DNA of 64,000 bases from a virus, in IMG/VR virus record IMGVR_UViG_3300025154_000061, positions 28,260 to 92,259 of that record; one strand, given 5' to 3'. The translations under genes were made by a program, and so were the position numbers. The notes below the pieces were generated by a model. That model worked only from the letters and a program-made list of their open reading frames with translations, made no database searches and was not told where the DNA came from. Shown here one piece after another: positions 40,133 through 49,896 of this stretch. How positions within the stretch are numbered: position 1 is the stretch's first letter; each line of letters opens with the position of its first letter.

Positions 40133-40908
40133 GACGGCGCCCCCTCGGCCGCCTTCGCCTTCTGCCGCTCGGTGTACCAAGGCAGGTCGCGCCCTTGGTA
40201 GTCGAGCCCCTGCTTTTCCTCGAAGCCGTGCGGCAGAAAGGGCATATAGACGCGGGGGTTGACCTGCTTGCGCCAGCACGCCGCGACGAGCGCGCGCAGG
40301 CCCTCGCCCGGCTTCCGGCGCATGATCTCGACGTCGAGCGGATCCGACACCCACGCGAAGACGAGATAGTCGGGCGCGCGGTTGACCGTGGTGTACGAGG
40401 GGTGGGGGTTCGGCGGATAGCTCTTGACGTCGATCTCGGTGCGCGTCAGGCCGCACGCGTGCGCCTCGATCTCGGCAAGCTCGGCGCGGGCCTTGGCATA
40501 GGCGCCCGCCCCAAACCCCTGCGTCGAGTAGGTCAAGCCCCAAGCCTCTTCGATCTTCACGCGCTCGCCGCCCGTGGCAGGCGACGCCAGCGGGATCCCC
40601 CGGGCTGCCTTGTCGAGCACGGCCTCGATCGTCTTCTTCCGCGCGTCGTGCTGCCGCGAGCGCTCGTCGTAGCGAGCTTGCAGCGGCAGGCGGATCGCCT
40701 CGACCGCTTCGGGGCCGAGCTTCCCGCAGACCTTCGCGCGCCAACCGTCGCCGACAAGGTCGAGCTTCGACTTCGGGAAGGCCGCCCGAAAGGCGGCGCG
40801 GTGCGCCTCGTCGAGTTCGACGTTCAGCGCGGCGCAGTCTTCGTCGTAGGCGGCGCGCTCTTCCCCGAGCAGATCGAACGCGCGCTTGAACGTCTCACGG
40901 TCGGTCAT
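40129..40908 (-). CDS. Hypothetical protein
   Basis: GGGGG RBS; typical codon usage. Confidence 0.7.
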   Translation of the reverse strand: MTDRETFKRAFDLLGEERAAYDEDCAALNVELDEAHRAAFRAAFPKSKLDLVGDGWRAKVCGKLGPEAVEAIRLPLQARYDERSRQHDARKKTIEAVLDKAARGIPLASPATGGERVKIEEAWGLTYSTQGFGAGAYAKARAELAEIEAHACGLTRTEIDVKSYPPNPHPSYTTVNRAPDYLVFAWVSDPLDVEIMRRKPGEGLRALVAACWRKQVNPRVYMPFLPHGFEEKQGLDYQGRDLPWYTERQKAKAAEGAPS

Positions 40909-41128
40909 GGCGAACCCCCGGGAAGTTGCGATAGGCGGCGCCGCGAGCGGCCGTGCCCGGCGAGCAGTTCGTCGCCGCCATGCGCCGCAGCGCGAAATCG
41001 TAGGCGGCCGGGTCGAGCACCTTCACGCCTTGCTTGCGAAAGGCTGCGAATAGGCGTGCCTTAGTATCGTCGGGGATGAACCGACCGGGGTCGGGATCGT
41101 GCGCGAGCCTCGCCTCGTAGAGCTTCAC
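40895..41128 (-). CDS. KLADAR-like leader protein
   Basis: MKLYEARLAH; GTGA-coupled. Confidence 0.5.
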   Translation of the reverse strand: MKLYEARLAHDPDPGRFIPDDTKARLFAAFRKQGVKVLDPAAYDFALRRMAATNCSPGTAARGAAYRNFPGVRHDRP

Positions 41129-42093
41129 CGCTTCGCCCCTGCGACGTGAACGTCGAACTTCTTCCCGAACGCCTCGAACGCCTCGCGGTCGCCGGGCCGC
41201 GCCTTCTCGAAGACGATCTCGATCCGGTAGGTCACGAGCGCCCCGCCCGTCACGGCGGGAACGAAGTCGATCTTCTTGATGCAGCGCGGGAACACCTCGA
41301 CGACGTGCGCCGCCGTCGCCTTGTTGGGCGCCGTCGTCGGGCGGCCGAAGCGCGTCGACTCGGCGCCGAGCGAGACGTCGACGAAGACCGCGACCGTGCT
41401 CTTCGTCTCGCTGCGCAGCGTCGCGGGGTGCCGCCCGTCGTGGAATAGCCCGGGGTTCGCGTCGCGGATCTGCCGCGCGAGGATCGAGTTGACGTGCCCG
41501 TCGTCGGGATCGTAGTCGGCCGCCGTCTTCACCGCAGGGGCGACCTCGGTAAAGACCGGCTTCGAGGGCGCCGGGGCGCACTCGTGAACGCCGAACTCGT
41601 GCCCGCAGTCGCGGCACTCGGTGAAGACCTCGCCGAACTCGTCGGTCCTCCCGATCGAGAGCGTGCCCGATCCGCACTTCGGGCAGGTCATTTCGGCGAG
41701 CGCACCCGGGAAGGTGTAGACGTCGCGCGCCCGCCTCGACTTCCCGACGAGCGTCATGGGCGACGGCTCTTCGTAGGGGTTGGCGAGCGGGATCGGCGCG
41801 CCGCCCCTGCGCCCGGCGACTCGGTCTAGGTCGTCGAGCGTCGGGAACGTCGCGCCTGCCGCACCGCCCGACGGCAAGGCCGCCGCCAACGGATCCCGCT
41901 CGATCGCCGCGATCGCCCGCTTCACCCGCGCAAGGGCATTGAAGTCGACCCGGCCCTCGGCGACGATCAAGGCCCGCACGCGCTCGAACGTCTCGTCGAC
42001 CGTGCTCGACGCGAGCCCCGCGACCGCGACCGGCGCCGGGGCTGGCGTGGCGACGGTGCGGGCGAAGCGTGCGCGAACGGCGTCTACCTTCAT
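41125..42093 (-). CDS. KLADAR-like leader protein with Zn ribbon
   Basis: MKVDAVRARF...CPKCG...CRDCG. Confidence 0.65.
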   Translation of the reverse strand: MKVDAVRARFARTVATPAPAPVAVAGLASSTVDETFERVRALIVAEGRVDFNALARVKRAIAAIERDPLAAALPSGGAAGATFPTLDDLDRVAGRRGGAPIPLANPYEEPSPMTLVGKSRRARDVYTFPGALAEMTCPKCGSGTLSIGRTDEFGEVFTECRDCGHEFGVHECAPAPSKPVFTEVAPAVKTAADYDPDDGHVNSILARQIRDANPGLFHDGRHPATLRSETKSTVAVFVDVSLGAESTRFGRPTTAPNKATAAHVVEVFPRCIKKIDFVPAVTGGALVTYRIEIVFEKARPGDREAFEAFGKKFDVHVAGAKR

Positions 42094-42101
42094 GCCCCAA
42101 C

Positions 42102-42383
42102 CTACGCGCCGGGCTCGGCGAGCGTCGCGACGCTGCGGTGCTTGTCGCAGAACTCGACCCGCCCCGATTGGTGCGCCTTGTCGCACGAGAACTCGGCGAG
42201 GCACGTCTCGCAAAGCCCCCGGTCAGGCTTCGGGCGGTGCGAGTGGCAGTCGATCACGGGCCGGGCGCCCGAGGTGCGCGCGAGCTTGCAGGCGGGCGCG
42301 TCAATGCACGAGGCGCAGAGGTCGACCGGCGCAGGCGGGCGCCTCACCTTCGAGAACTGCGCGCGGGCGTCGGCGAGCTTCAC
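42102..42383 (-). CDS. KLADAR-leader protein with duplicated Cys motif
   Basis: MKLADARAQF...LCASC..C..CHSH / LCETC..C..CDKH. Confidence 0.65.
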   Translation of the reverse strand: MKLADARAQFSKVRRPPAPVDLCASCIDAPACKLARTSGARPVIDCHSHRPKPDRGLCETCLAEFSCDKAHQSGRVEFCDKHRSVATLAEPGA

Positions 42384-43183
42384 GGGCGCGCCTTGACGAC
42401 GAGCACGGGGCACTTGAACCGCCCGCCGTTCCCGTCGCACCCCGCCGCCTTGGCGACGAGCGCTTGCAACCGCGCGACTTCGCCTTGCAACCGCGCGATC
42501 TCGTTCATGCTTTCAAGCCAAGCCTTCCGCGACTCGCCGCCGCAGTAGCGCACGTTCGCTTCGTCGCGTGCGTGCTTGGCGGCGCGCGCGACGTCGGCGC
42601 ACACCGAGGGCGGCACGCCAGCCCAACGGGCGATCCCCGCCTTCATGCCGCCCCGGTTCGCCCGGTCGTCGATCGCTTGTTGTGCCTCGTGCTCGAAGCC
42701 TTCGAGAACGCCGCGCAAGTAGAGCGCCTCGCCTTCGAGGTCGTCGCACTTGTTCTCGGCCGCCGCAGCCCGCGCCCCGAGTTCGCGATAGCCGTCTAGC
42801 TTCTCGTCGCAGGCGCGCTCTACCATGAAGCGGTAGTCGGCGAGAGCCTTGTCGCGGTCGGCGATCGCCTTGCGCACGAGGTCGAGCAGCGCGCCGATCT
42901 CGATCGTGCAAGGCTCGCCGAGCAGCGCGGCGACAACGATCGCGAAGCCTCGCGCGCTCTTCACTGCGGCGAGAACGTGGGGGCGCGGCGCCGACGCGTC
43001 GTTGACCGCGAGCGACGCGACTTGCTGTCGGAACTCGCGAAGCGTCGCGGTCGCGTCGGTGATCCCCTGAACGCAGGCACTCGCCCGCGACGGGTCGACC
43101 CGCCCGCCCTTGTAGAGCGGATCGAGCTTCCCGATCTGCCTGCCGACCGCGCGCCACGCTTCGAGTTCTTCGTCGATCGTCAT
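42380..43183 (-). CDS. Coiled-coil hypothetical protein
   Basis: First gene after the minus-strand promoter; GGGAGGG RBS. Confidence 0.65.
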   Translation of the reverse strand: MTIDEELEAWRAVGRQIGKLDPLYKGGRVDPSRASACVQGITDATATLREFRQQVASLAVNDASAPRPHVLAAVKSARGFAIVVAALLGEPCTIEIGALLDLVRKAIADRDKALADYRFMVERACDEKLDGYRELGARAAAAENKCDDLEGEALYLRGVLEGFEHEAQQAIDDRANRGGMKAGIARWAGVPPSVCADVARAAKHARDEANVRYCGGESRKAWLESMNEIARLQGEVARLQALVAKAAGCDGNGGRFKCPVLVVKARP

Positions 43184-43209
43184 GGGCTGCGCCCTCCCGG
43201 TTGCGCAAG

Positions 43210-43244
43210 TTCTACGCCGCGACGGTCGGCGGCGTCGCGTCGTA
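43210..43244. promoter_or_regulatory. Overlapping divergent GCGACG-N16-CGTAGAA promoter pair
   Basis: + copy 43219-43247 and - copy 43238-43210, at the divergence point of two gene blocks. Confidence 0.8.
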
Positions 43245-43268
43245 GAATGGGCGAACGAGGGGGCCGCC

Positions 43269-43514
43269 ATGAAGTCGATCGCCGTCGCGCTGCTCGCGCT
43301 GCTCGCCGCCTGCGCCGAGACCTCGGGGCCGTCGCTCGACTACCTGCCCGGGGTGTGCTTCGAGGGCGAGCGCGTCTCGTGCCCGAAGTGCGACTCGGGG
43401 TGGGGGACGTGCGTCGACTACCGGGGCGCGTGCGAGTGCAACGTCGAGCCCGTCGACTTCGACGACGTCACGCCCGACGAAACGACCGAAACCGAAGAAG
43501 GAATCAGCGAATGA
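43269..43514 (+). CDS. Small Cys-rich lipoprotein
   Basis: MKSIAVALLALLAAC lipobox. Confidence 0.7.
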   Translation: MKSIAVALLALLAACAETSGPSLDYLPGVCFEGERVSCPKCDSGWGTCVDYRGACECNVEPVDFDDVTPDETTETEEGISE

Positions 43515-44128
43515 AGAGGCTCGAAGGCCGCGTGCTCGACCTGCTTGCACTGCTCGAAGACGACGAGGCGATCTGCGAGGCGATCAACCGGGGTTACGTC
43601 GTGTCGCAGGGCGGGATCACCTCGACTCACAAGGGGCGGGCCGCGCTCGTCACCGCCCGTGCGATCAAGCAGTGGTTCGACGACGGCGCCAAACCGCCCA
43701 ACCCCGAGCCCATGCGGATCGAGTTCTACGATCCGATGTGGAAACGCGGGCGCTCGGCCGAGGTGTCGACGATCGAGGCGCGCGTCGTGGCGCTCGCGCA
43801 GGTCGACGACGAAGCGTTCGCGCTCGAACTCGCCCGCCGCCTGAACGCCATGCTCGCCGAGCCGGGCGGCGAGGCCGCGATCGACGTGCTCTTGAACCTC
43901 TCGGCGCCCGTGGCGCCCGAGTTCGCGGCGACGATGCAGCGCGAGCCCCCGGGCGACCGTCTCGGCGTCTTCGCGTTGATCGCCTGCCTGTCGGGGCTGC
44001 CGTCGCACTTCGCCGCAGTGGCGGGGGCGCGTGAGTGGGACGCGACCGAGATCCCCTTCAAGGGCTTCTGCCTCGTCGGCTTGAAGAAGCCGCAGCCCGC
44101 GCCCAAGCCCGAAGAGGTGCCCGAATGA
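43511..44128 (+). CDS. Hypothetical protein
   Basis: ATGA-coupled. Confidence 0.6.
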   Translation: MKRLEGRVLDLLALLEDDEAICEAINRGYVVSQGGITSTHKGRAALVTARAIKQWFDDGAKPPNPEPMRIEFYDPMWKRGRSAEVSTIEARVVALAQVDDEAFALELARRLNAMLAEPGGEAAIDVLLNLSAPVAPEFAATMQREPPGDRLGVFALIACLSGLPSHFAAVAGAREWDATEIPFKGFCLVGLKKPQPAPKPEEVPE

Positions 44129-44529
44129 AACGCGCCGCATTGCAGGCTCGCAAGCTCACCCGCGCGATCTTCAACCTGCACTTGAAGTGGCCCGCTTGGT
44201 GGTGGCGCCGTCGCGTCGCCTTCTTCGCCCGCGTGGCCCGCGAGCGCGACGAACGCGACGGCACAACGCGGCACACCGAGCGCTTTCGCAAGGTCTTGTC
44301 GCGCGAGCGCCCGTGGTCGACGTGGCGCGCCTTCCGATGGGTCGCGGGCTTCGCGACGATGATCGCGCTCGGGGTGATCCCCCTGTTGCTGGCGATCGTC
44401 GGCGCGGTCTTCGAGAAGTTCTTCGAGATCACCGCGCCAAAAATCGAGAAGGCCGTCGAGGTGATTCGGGGAAACTACCCCGATCGCCGCGCGCCTGTCG
44501 ACGTCAAGTTCGGGAGGGCCGACGAATGA
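44125..44529 (+). CDS. Membrane protein
   Basis: One long hydrophobic segment; coupled. Confidence 0.6.
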   Translation: MKRAALQARKLTRAIFNLHLKWPAWWWRRRVAFFARVARERDERDGTTRHTERFRKVLSRERPWSTWRAFRWVAGFATMIALGVIPLLLAIVGAVFEKFFEITAPKIEKAVEVIRGNYPDRRAPVDVKFGRADE

Positions 44530-44921
44530 AGCGCGCCCTACGAAGCAACGGCGCTGCGCTGCAAGAGGCGGCGGGCCAGATCCTAGCGCTCGTGCGCGCG
44601 TCGTGGTGTGCGACCCCGCTCGACGCCGCGATCTCGCGTGAGTTCGGCGAGGGCTCGGCGGCCCGCGTGCGCGAGGCCCTCGCCTACCTGCTCGACGGCC
44701 CGCTTCAAGACGTCTGCGACGGGCGCCCCGTGCTCGTCGCGCTGACGCCGCTCGAAGCGCGCACGCTGTCGAGCGCGGCCGGGCAGACCACCGGGGATCC
44801 TGACGCGATCAAAGGTTGGTTCAGCGGGCCGGACGAACGCGCCGCTGTCTTGTCGGCGCACTGTCGCCTTGATCGCGCGGCGTCGCGCGCCCTCACCTAC
44901 CGGAAGGGATCCCGTCCATGA
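44526..44921 (+). CDS. Hypothetical protein
   Basis: ATGA-coupled. Confidence 0.55.
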   Translation: MKRALRSNGAALQEAAGQILALVRASWCATPLDAAISREFGEGSAARVREALAYLLDGPLQDVCDGRPVLVALTPLEARTLSSAAGQTTGDPDAIKGWFSGPDERAAVLSAHCRLDRAASRALTYRKGSRP

Positions 44922-45313
44922 AGCGCGAGGAACTCACGACGATCCGGTTGAAGGTCGAGACGCTCGGCCGCCCGCTGCGCGTCTTCATTGCCAGCCCTTA
45001 CGCGGGCGAGGTCGAGCGCAACGTCAGGCGCGCGAAGCGTCTCGTCGTCGACGCGCTCGCGCTTCACTGCGCGCCCTACGCGCCGCACTTGCTCTATGTG
45101 AACCACCTCGACGACAACAACCCCGTCGAACGCCAGCGCGGGATCGACGCGGGGCTCGCGTGGTTGGAAGCCTGCGACGAGGTTTGGTCGTGGGGCTTGA
45201 TCTCTCCCGGGATGCTTCGCGAGATCGAGCACGCGAACTCGCTCGGGATCAAGGTGCGCTTCCCGTGGGGGCTCGACCCTTCGTGCGTCGCGCTCGTCAG
45301 GGGGTGCGCATGA
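44918..45313 (+). CDS. Nucleoside 2-deoxyribosyltransferase-like (DUF4406-type) protein
   Basis: VFIASPYAG, APHLLY, WLEACDEVW, SPGMLREI. Confidence 0.75.
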   Translation: MKREELTTIRLKVETLGRPLRVFIASPYAGEVERNVRRAKRLVVDALALHCAPYAPHLLYVNHLDDNNPVERQRGIDAGLAWLEACDEVWSWGLISPGMLREIEHANSLGIKVRFPWGLDPSCVALVRGCA

Positions 45314-45639
45314 AGACCGAGATCGAGATCCGTAAGATAATCGACGAGTTGCGCTTGTCGATCGCGCTCGCGCGCGATCCCGACTGGCGCAGCGACGACA
45401 GCCCGCCCCGATTGAACGTGCTCGTCGACGAACTCGAAGCACTGCTCGACGAACTGTGCGCGAGCGACGGCAGGTTGCCCGGTCGCCTCGACGGCACGGG
45501 CCGCCTGTGCCTCGCGCTCTACGGGCGCCAAGCTCGCCCCCGCGACTACCTCGGGGGCAGCGAAGCGAGGATGCTTCACGACGCGGCCGACAAGCTCGAA
45601 GCCGCCAACACGAGAGGGGGTGCGCCTTGTGGGTCATAA
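45310..45639 (+). CDS. Hypothetical protein
   Basis: ATGA-coupled. Confidence 0.5.
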   Translation: MKTEIEIRKIIDELRLSIALARDPDWRSDDSPPRLNVLVDELEALLDELCASDGRLPGRLDGTGRLCLALYGRQARPRDYLGGSEARMLHDAADKLEAANTRGGAPCGS

Positions 45640-45989
45640 CGCGTGAGGGGTTCTTCTCGGTGTGCCGCCGCGACGGGGATCGCCCCGGGCACCTTCGGAT
45701 CCGCGCCCGGGTGCGCGCCGACTTCGGCAAGCTCGCGGGCTTCGTCGACCTCGTCGACGTCGAGCACAAGCCGCACGCCGATTACAAGTGGCACGCGCAG
45801 ATCGAAGAGGGCGCGCTCGGGCGCTACTTGGCGCAGGCCGTCGCCCGGATTGACTATGCCGACGTGAAAGACAAGATCACGCGAGGCAACCACGCCCGGC
45901 ACCGTACCTACATGAACGTTTGGGGCGCGCTGCTCGCAATCGAAGACGAAGAGGGGGCGCGCGGTGTCGCAACTTCCAAGCGTCGTTGA
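45627..45989 (+). CDS. Hypothetical phage protein
   Basis: TTG start after GAGGGGG; WVITREGFFSV...RAR...ADY...IDY. Confidence 0.6.
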   Translation: MWVITREGFFSVCRRDGDRPGHLRIRARVRADFGKLAGFVDLVDVEHKPHADYKWHAQIEEGALGRYLAQAVARIDYADVKDKITRGNHARHRTYMNVWGALLAIEDEEGARGVATSKRR

Positions 45990-46263
45990 CGTCGTCGACG
46001 GCTTCGAGATCCTCGGGGCGCCTATGCCCTCACCGAAAGGCAGGTCTAAATTGACGATTCGCGCTCGCTGCTCGAAGTGCGGGGCGGGCCTCACCGCCAA
46101 GATCGAGATCAAGCTCGCGACGGGCGGCGAGGATCCCGCCGTCGAGATCAAGGCCGAGCCGTGCCGCGCCTGCCTCGACGCCGCCTACGAGTCGGGGACG
46201 CTCGACGAGCGCGCTCTTCACGGCTGCGCGGCGAACGCCGACCCGGCGCGGCCGAGGGGGTGA
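45964..46263 (+). CDS. Zn-ribbon hypothetical protein
   Basis: CSKCG...PCRAC. Confidence 0.5.
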   Translation: MSQLPSVVDVVDGFEILGAPMPSPKGRSKLTIRARCSKCGAGLTAKIEIKLATGGEDPAVEIKAEPCRACLDAAYESGTLDERALHGCAANADPARPRG

Positions 46264-46267
46264 CGCC

Positions 46268-46966
46268 GTGCCCCGCTTCTTCTCGCTCGGCCCCGACTGC
46301 CAGTGTGCGCACCAATTGAAGGCGCACGGCCTACGGCGTGAAGCCGGGCCGTTCGATTGGCTTCTCGTGCCGCGCCTCGCCGACGCCTTCGTGCCCGTGC
46401 TCTCGGGCGAGGTCGACCTCTTCGACGGGCTGCGCAAGAACGAGCGCGCCCACGACGAGAACTCGCTCGCGATCGAGTTCACCCACCACGAAGCAACAAT
46501 CCCCGAGGTGCGCGCCGCGCTCTACCGACGCCTCGATCGCCTACGCGCCGCGCTCACCGATCCCGACGTGCTGCTCTTGCAGCGCTTCAACGTCTTCGAC
46601 GTTGACCCGCGCGCGATCGACGTCGTGACCGCCAACGTGCGCGCGCTGCGTACCTACCTCGACGGCGTAGGCGCTCGGGCGCGGATCCTCACGGCGATCC
46701 GCGTGCCGCAGCGTAGCGGCGTCTCGAACGGGGCGCTCGACTCGATCGCGCTCTCGGCCGTCGCCTGCGCGGCGAAAGGCCCTGACGCCGCCTTCGTCGT
46801 CTTCGCCCCTGGAATAGTCGGCTTCGATCCGCCCGAAGCGTGGTCGTTCCTCTCGCACTTCAAGCCCCGCCAGAACTTGACGCCCCCCCTGCCCGATCGG
46901 ACACTACGGCCTGAACGGATCCCGGGGCGGGAATGCCGCAGAGCGCCGACAGATTGCACCTCGTGA
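46268..46966 (+). CDS. DUF1796-like putative papain-like peptidase
   Basis: FSLGPDC...GLRREAGPFDW...FTHH...YRRLDRL. Confidence 0.7.
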   Translation: MPRFFSLGPDCQCAHQLKAHGLRREAGPFDWLLVPRLADAFVPVLSGEVDLFDGLRKNERAHDENSLAIEFTHHEATIPEVRAALYRRLDRLRAALTDPDVLLLQRFNVFDVDPRAIDVVTANVRALRTYLDGVGARARILTAIRVPQRSGVSNGALDSIALSAVACAAKGPDAAFVVFAPGIVGFDPPEAWSFLSHFKPRQNLTPPLPDRTLRPERIPGRECRRAPTDCTS

Positions 46967-47511
46967 CCCTCGTCGGGACCGGCGAAGGCGTTTGGATCGC
47001 CCCGCAAGCATATTTGGATATGTCCCAAACGTGGTCGTCGAAGCTAATAGAAATGGACGATTACGCGGTTATAACATACGGGGCGGTTGTGCTAGTTCAC
47101 GAAATGGTATACCAGTCTGATATTATAAGTCACTACGGGCGCGTTCGTATGGAAAAATTTTCGACAATCAGAGTCAATGCGTTTGTCGGTCCTGGCGTGC
47201 ATATTGGCCTCGGATCGATCGTTGCCGTTGGGGCTGTGCTAACGGGGCCTTGCGTGATCCCGCCAATGGAAATATGGGGCGGTGTCCCGGCCCGACGCAT
47301 CGGTAGCGTCTACGATATGCTCGCGAAGCGCCGGGCACTTGTCGTTGAAGGTGCGCAACGAGGCTATGAAGCAATAAAGGCGATACCGCTAGGGCAACGT
47401 CTGACGATACAATATAGACCGAATGCAATCCGCAACACCGCTATATTGAACGGCGAATTGAGGAAAATAGGTATGCCGGAAGTGCCCATGCCCCCCGAGG
47501 TGCGCCCATGA
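46933..47511 (+). CDS. Hexapeptide-repeat (LbH) O-acyltransferase, low GC
   Basis: FVGPGVHIGLGSIVAVGAVL...IWGGVPARRI. Confidence 0.8.
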   Translation: MPQSADRLHLVTLVGTGEGVWIAPQAYLDMSQTWSSKLIEMDDYAVITYGAVVLVHEMVYQSDIISHYGRVRMEKFSTIRVNAFVGPGVHIGLGSIVAVGAVLTGPCVIPPMEIWGGVPARRIGSVYDMLAKRRALVVEGAQRGYEAIKAIPLGQRLTIQYRPNAIRNTAILNGELRKIGMPEVPMPPEVRP

Positions 47512-48200
47512 TCGGATTACAAACGACCGCAGTTCTCGACCTGCCCGGTCGGCACTTCGTGATCCGCTGTCACGAGGGCGACCACGTCACGAACCGGATC
47601 GAAGCCGACGGGGGCTACGAGCGCGAGCTTCTCGCACGCGTGCTCGCGCTGAACCCCTCGATCCCCGCCGACCGCGTCTTCGTCGACGCAGGCGCCAATA
47701 TCGGCACTCACTCGATCTTCTTCGCCGTCGTCTGCAAGCGGCGCGTCGTCGCGTTCGAGCCGCAGATCAACAACTACGCGCTCTTGGCAACGAACGTCAC
47801 GTCGAACGGGCTGCCCGTCGAGACGCACTTCGCCGCCCTCGGCGACGCGCACGGCGTCGGGCACGTCGTCGTCGAAGACCCCGCGAACATGGGGCGTTGT
47901 CGGTTCGTCCCGGGCGGCGGGGGCGTCAGCGTCCCCGTGCTGCCGCTCGACGCCGTGCGGTCGTTCGACCGCGTCGCCGTGGGGCTCTTGAAGGTCGACG
48001 TCGAAGGAATGGACGCGGCAGTTCTGCGCGGCGCCGCTCGCCTGCTCGCCCGTGATCGCCCGGTCGTGATCGCCGAGGCGCACGAGCCCGCCGACCTCGC
48101 CGCGATCGAAGCTGCGCTCGGCCCCGACTACGTGCGCGACCCCGAGCCCTACTGCGCGACGCCTACCTTCGTTTGGCTTCCGCGCGAGCCCCGCCCGTGA
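47508..48200 (+). CDS. FkbM-family SAM methyltransferase
   Basis: FVDAGANIGTHS, AFEP, LKVDVEG. Confidence 0.9.
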   Translation: MIGLQTTAVLDLPGRHFVIRCHEGDHVTNRIEADGGYERELLARVLALNPSIPADRVFVDAGANIGTHSIFFAVVCKRRVVAFEPQINNYALLATNVTSNGLPVETHFAALGDAHGVGHVVVEDPANMGRCRFVPGGGGVSVPVLPLDAVRSFDRVAVGLLKVDVEGMDAAVLRGAARLLARDRPVVIAEAHEPADLAAIEAALGPDYVRDPEPYCATPTFVWLPREPRP

Positions 48201-48406
48201 AGCTCACCGACGCCCGGGATCGCTTCGCTCACGCCGAGGCCCCGCCGCCAGTAGAGCCGACGACGCTCGCCCTTCGCGGCGCGCAGTTCGACGAGATCTG
48301 CGCGGCCGTGCGTGCCCGCCGCATGACCTTCGCCGACGTCGAGCGCCTTCACTCGCCCGACGTGCGGCGCGCCGTCGAGGCTCTCGTCGGGCCGTCGAAG
48401 CGATAG
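48197..48406 (+). CDS. KLADAR-leader protein
   Basis: MKLTDARDRF; GTGA-coupled. Confidence 0.6.
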   Translation: MKLTDARDRFAHAEAPPPVEPTTLALRGAQFDEICAAVRARRMTFADVERLHSPDVRRAVEALVGPSKR

Positions 48407-48438
48407 GCAAGCCTAAAGGCAATCGAGCCGGGCGATAG

Positions 48439-48467
48439 TTGACGCCCCGCCGCTCTTGGGGCACTCT
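48439..48467 (+). promoter_or_regulatory. Sigma70-like promoter
   Basis: TTGACG-17-CACTCT. Confidence 0.45.
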
Positions 48468-48522
48468 CGGCCCGTAACCTGCGGCGACTACGCCGCGAGA
48501 CTTCCAAGGGGAGGATCGAACG

Positions 48523-49140
48523 ATGCGAAGAGGATCCGTGTTCGTCGTGCTGCTCGCCTGTGCCGCGCTCTTCGGGCTCGTCGCCTGCGACCCGCAGGCC
48601 CCGCCCGACAACCCCGTCGCCACGATCGGCGCCCCGCCCGCCGACGTGGTCGCCGCCGAACCCGCCGTCGCCGAGAAGGTGGTCGCCGCGCCCGTCATGA
48701 CCGCGATCGAAGTCGCGTTCGTCGAATGCAAGGCCGCGCTCGCCGAATGCAACGGGGCCGCCCCGGCGCCCTCGGTGATCGCCGACGACGCCGCGAAGGC
48801 TCACTCGCTGCCGCCCTCGATCACGCTCTACGTCACGAACGAGACGGGCAACCCCGACACCCCCGCCGACTACTTCATGCTCGACACGGGGATCTTGAAC
48901 GAGCACGCGGGCCGGGTGATCGCCGCCTTCTACAACGAGGTCGCGGCGCACTCGCTCTACCAAGCCAACGCCCCCGGCGCCGTTCCCGCGATCACCCTCT
49001 CGAAGATGCAGGGCGCGATCGTCGTCTTCACGTCGCCGGGCGGGCAGGGGTATTCGCCGTGCTCCGGTTGCACGCTGGCGACGCTGCTCTCGACCTACTC
49101 GGGCACCGCGATCGAGCAGTGGTCTTCCGACGACGCCTGA
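48523..49140 (+). CDS. Lipoprotein
   Basis: Signal peptide ending LVAC; GGGGAGG RBS. Confidence 0.7.
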   Translation: MRRGSVFVVLLACAALFGLVACDPQAPPDNPVATIGAPPADVVAAEPAVAEKVVAAPVMTAIEVAFVECKAALAECNGAAPAPSVIADDAAKAHSLPPSITLYVTNETGNPDTPADYFMLDTGILNEHAGRVIAAFYNEVAAHSLYQANAPGAVPAITLSKMQGAIVVFTSPGGQGYSPCSGCTLATLLSTYSGTAIEQWSSDDA

Positions 49141-49171
49141 CCCCCTTCCCGCCTCACTCCCCGCCCGCACC

Positions 49172-49197
49172 GCGACGCCCGACCCCTCCCCGACGTA
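49172..49197 (+). promoter_or_regulatory. GCGACG-N16-CGTA putative phage promoter
   Basis: Exact motif. Confidence 0.65.
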
Positions 49198-49227
49198 AAC
49201 TCGGGCGACTACAACGAGGGGGCCGAA

Positions 49228-49836
49228 GTGCTCGACGAGTTCAAGGTCGACGTTCCCGAAGGCAAGAGCGGCGAGGTCGAGATCAAGCGCTTCGTCGTCG
49301 ACGCGGCCGGTTCCGCGTTTACGAAGATGCGGGCCGCCATGAAGGGGCGGGGCTACGTCCCCGAGGGCACCTACACCGAGATCCGGCGCGCTGGCGTGCT
49401 TTGGATGAGCGACACGCCCGACGAGATCCGCGATCACCTCGGCTTCATTGGTCGGGCCTCGGGGCGCGTGCTCGTGACCGGGCTCGGCCTCGGAATGGTC
49501 GCGGCCGCCTGCCTGCGCAAGCCCGAGGTCGAGAAGGTCGTCGTCGTCGAGATCGACCCCGACGTCGTCGCGCTCGTCGCCCCGCACCTCGTCGAGCAGT
49601 TCGGGGATCGCGTCGACGTCGTGCTCGCCGACGCCTACAAGTGGAAACCCGCCGAGGGCTCGCGGGTCTTCGACTGTGCGTGGCATGACGTTTGGCCCGA
49701 TATCTGCGGCAGCAACGCGCGCAAGATGCGGGCGATCGTGAAGCATTACGCGCCCTTCATGACGGCGCCGGGCTTCTTCGCACGGCAGGCTTGTTGGTGC
49801 GAGCGCGAGACGGCGCGCGAGAACCGCCGTCGGTGA
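49228..49836 (+). CDS. Class I SAM-dependent methyltransferase (spermidine-synthase-like)
   Basis: WMSDTP, VLVTGLGLG, VVEIDPDV, ADA, WHDVW. Confidence 0.8.
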   Translation: MLDEFKVDVPEGKSGEVEIKRFVVDAAGSAFTKMRAAMKGRGYVPEGTYTEIRRAGVLWMSDTPDEIRDHLGFIGRASGRVLVTGLGLGMVAAACLRKPEVEKVVVVEIDPDVVALVAPHLVEQFGDRVDVVLADAYKWKPAEGSRVFDCAWHDVWPDICGSNARKMRAIVKHYAPFMTAPGFFARQACWCERETARENRRR

Positions 49837-49844
49837 CGCCGAAC

Positions 49845-49873
49845 TTGACGGCGTATCCCCTGCGGGTGACACT
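49845..49873 (+). promoter_or_regulatory. Sigma70-like promoter
   Basis: TTGACG-17-GACACT; shares AACTTGACGGCGTATCCC with 57833. Confidence 0.55.
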
Positions 49874-49896
49874 ACCGGCAACCGAGGGGGGAAGCC

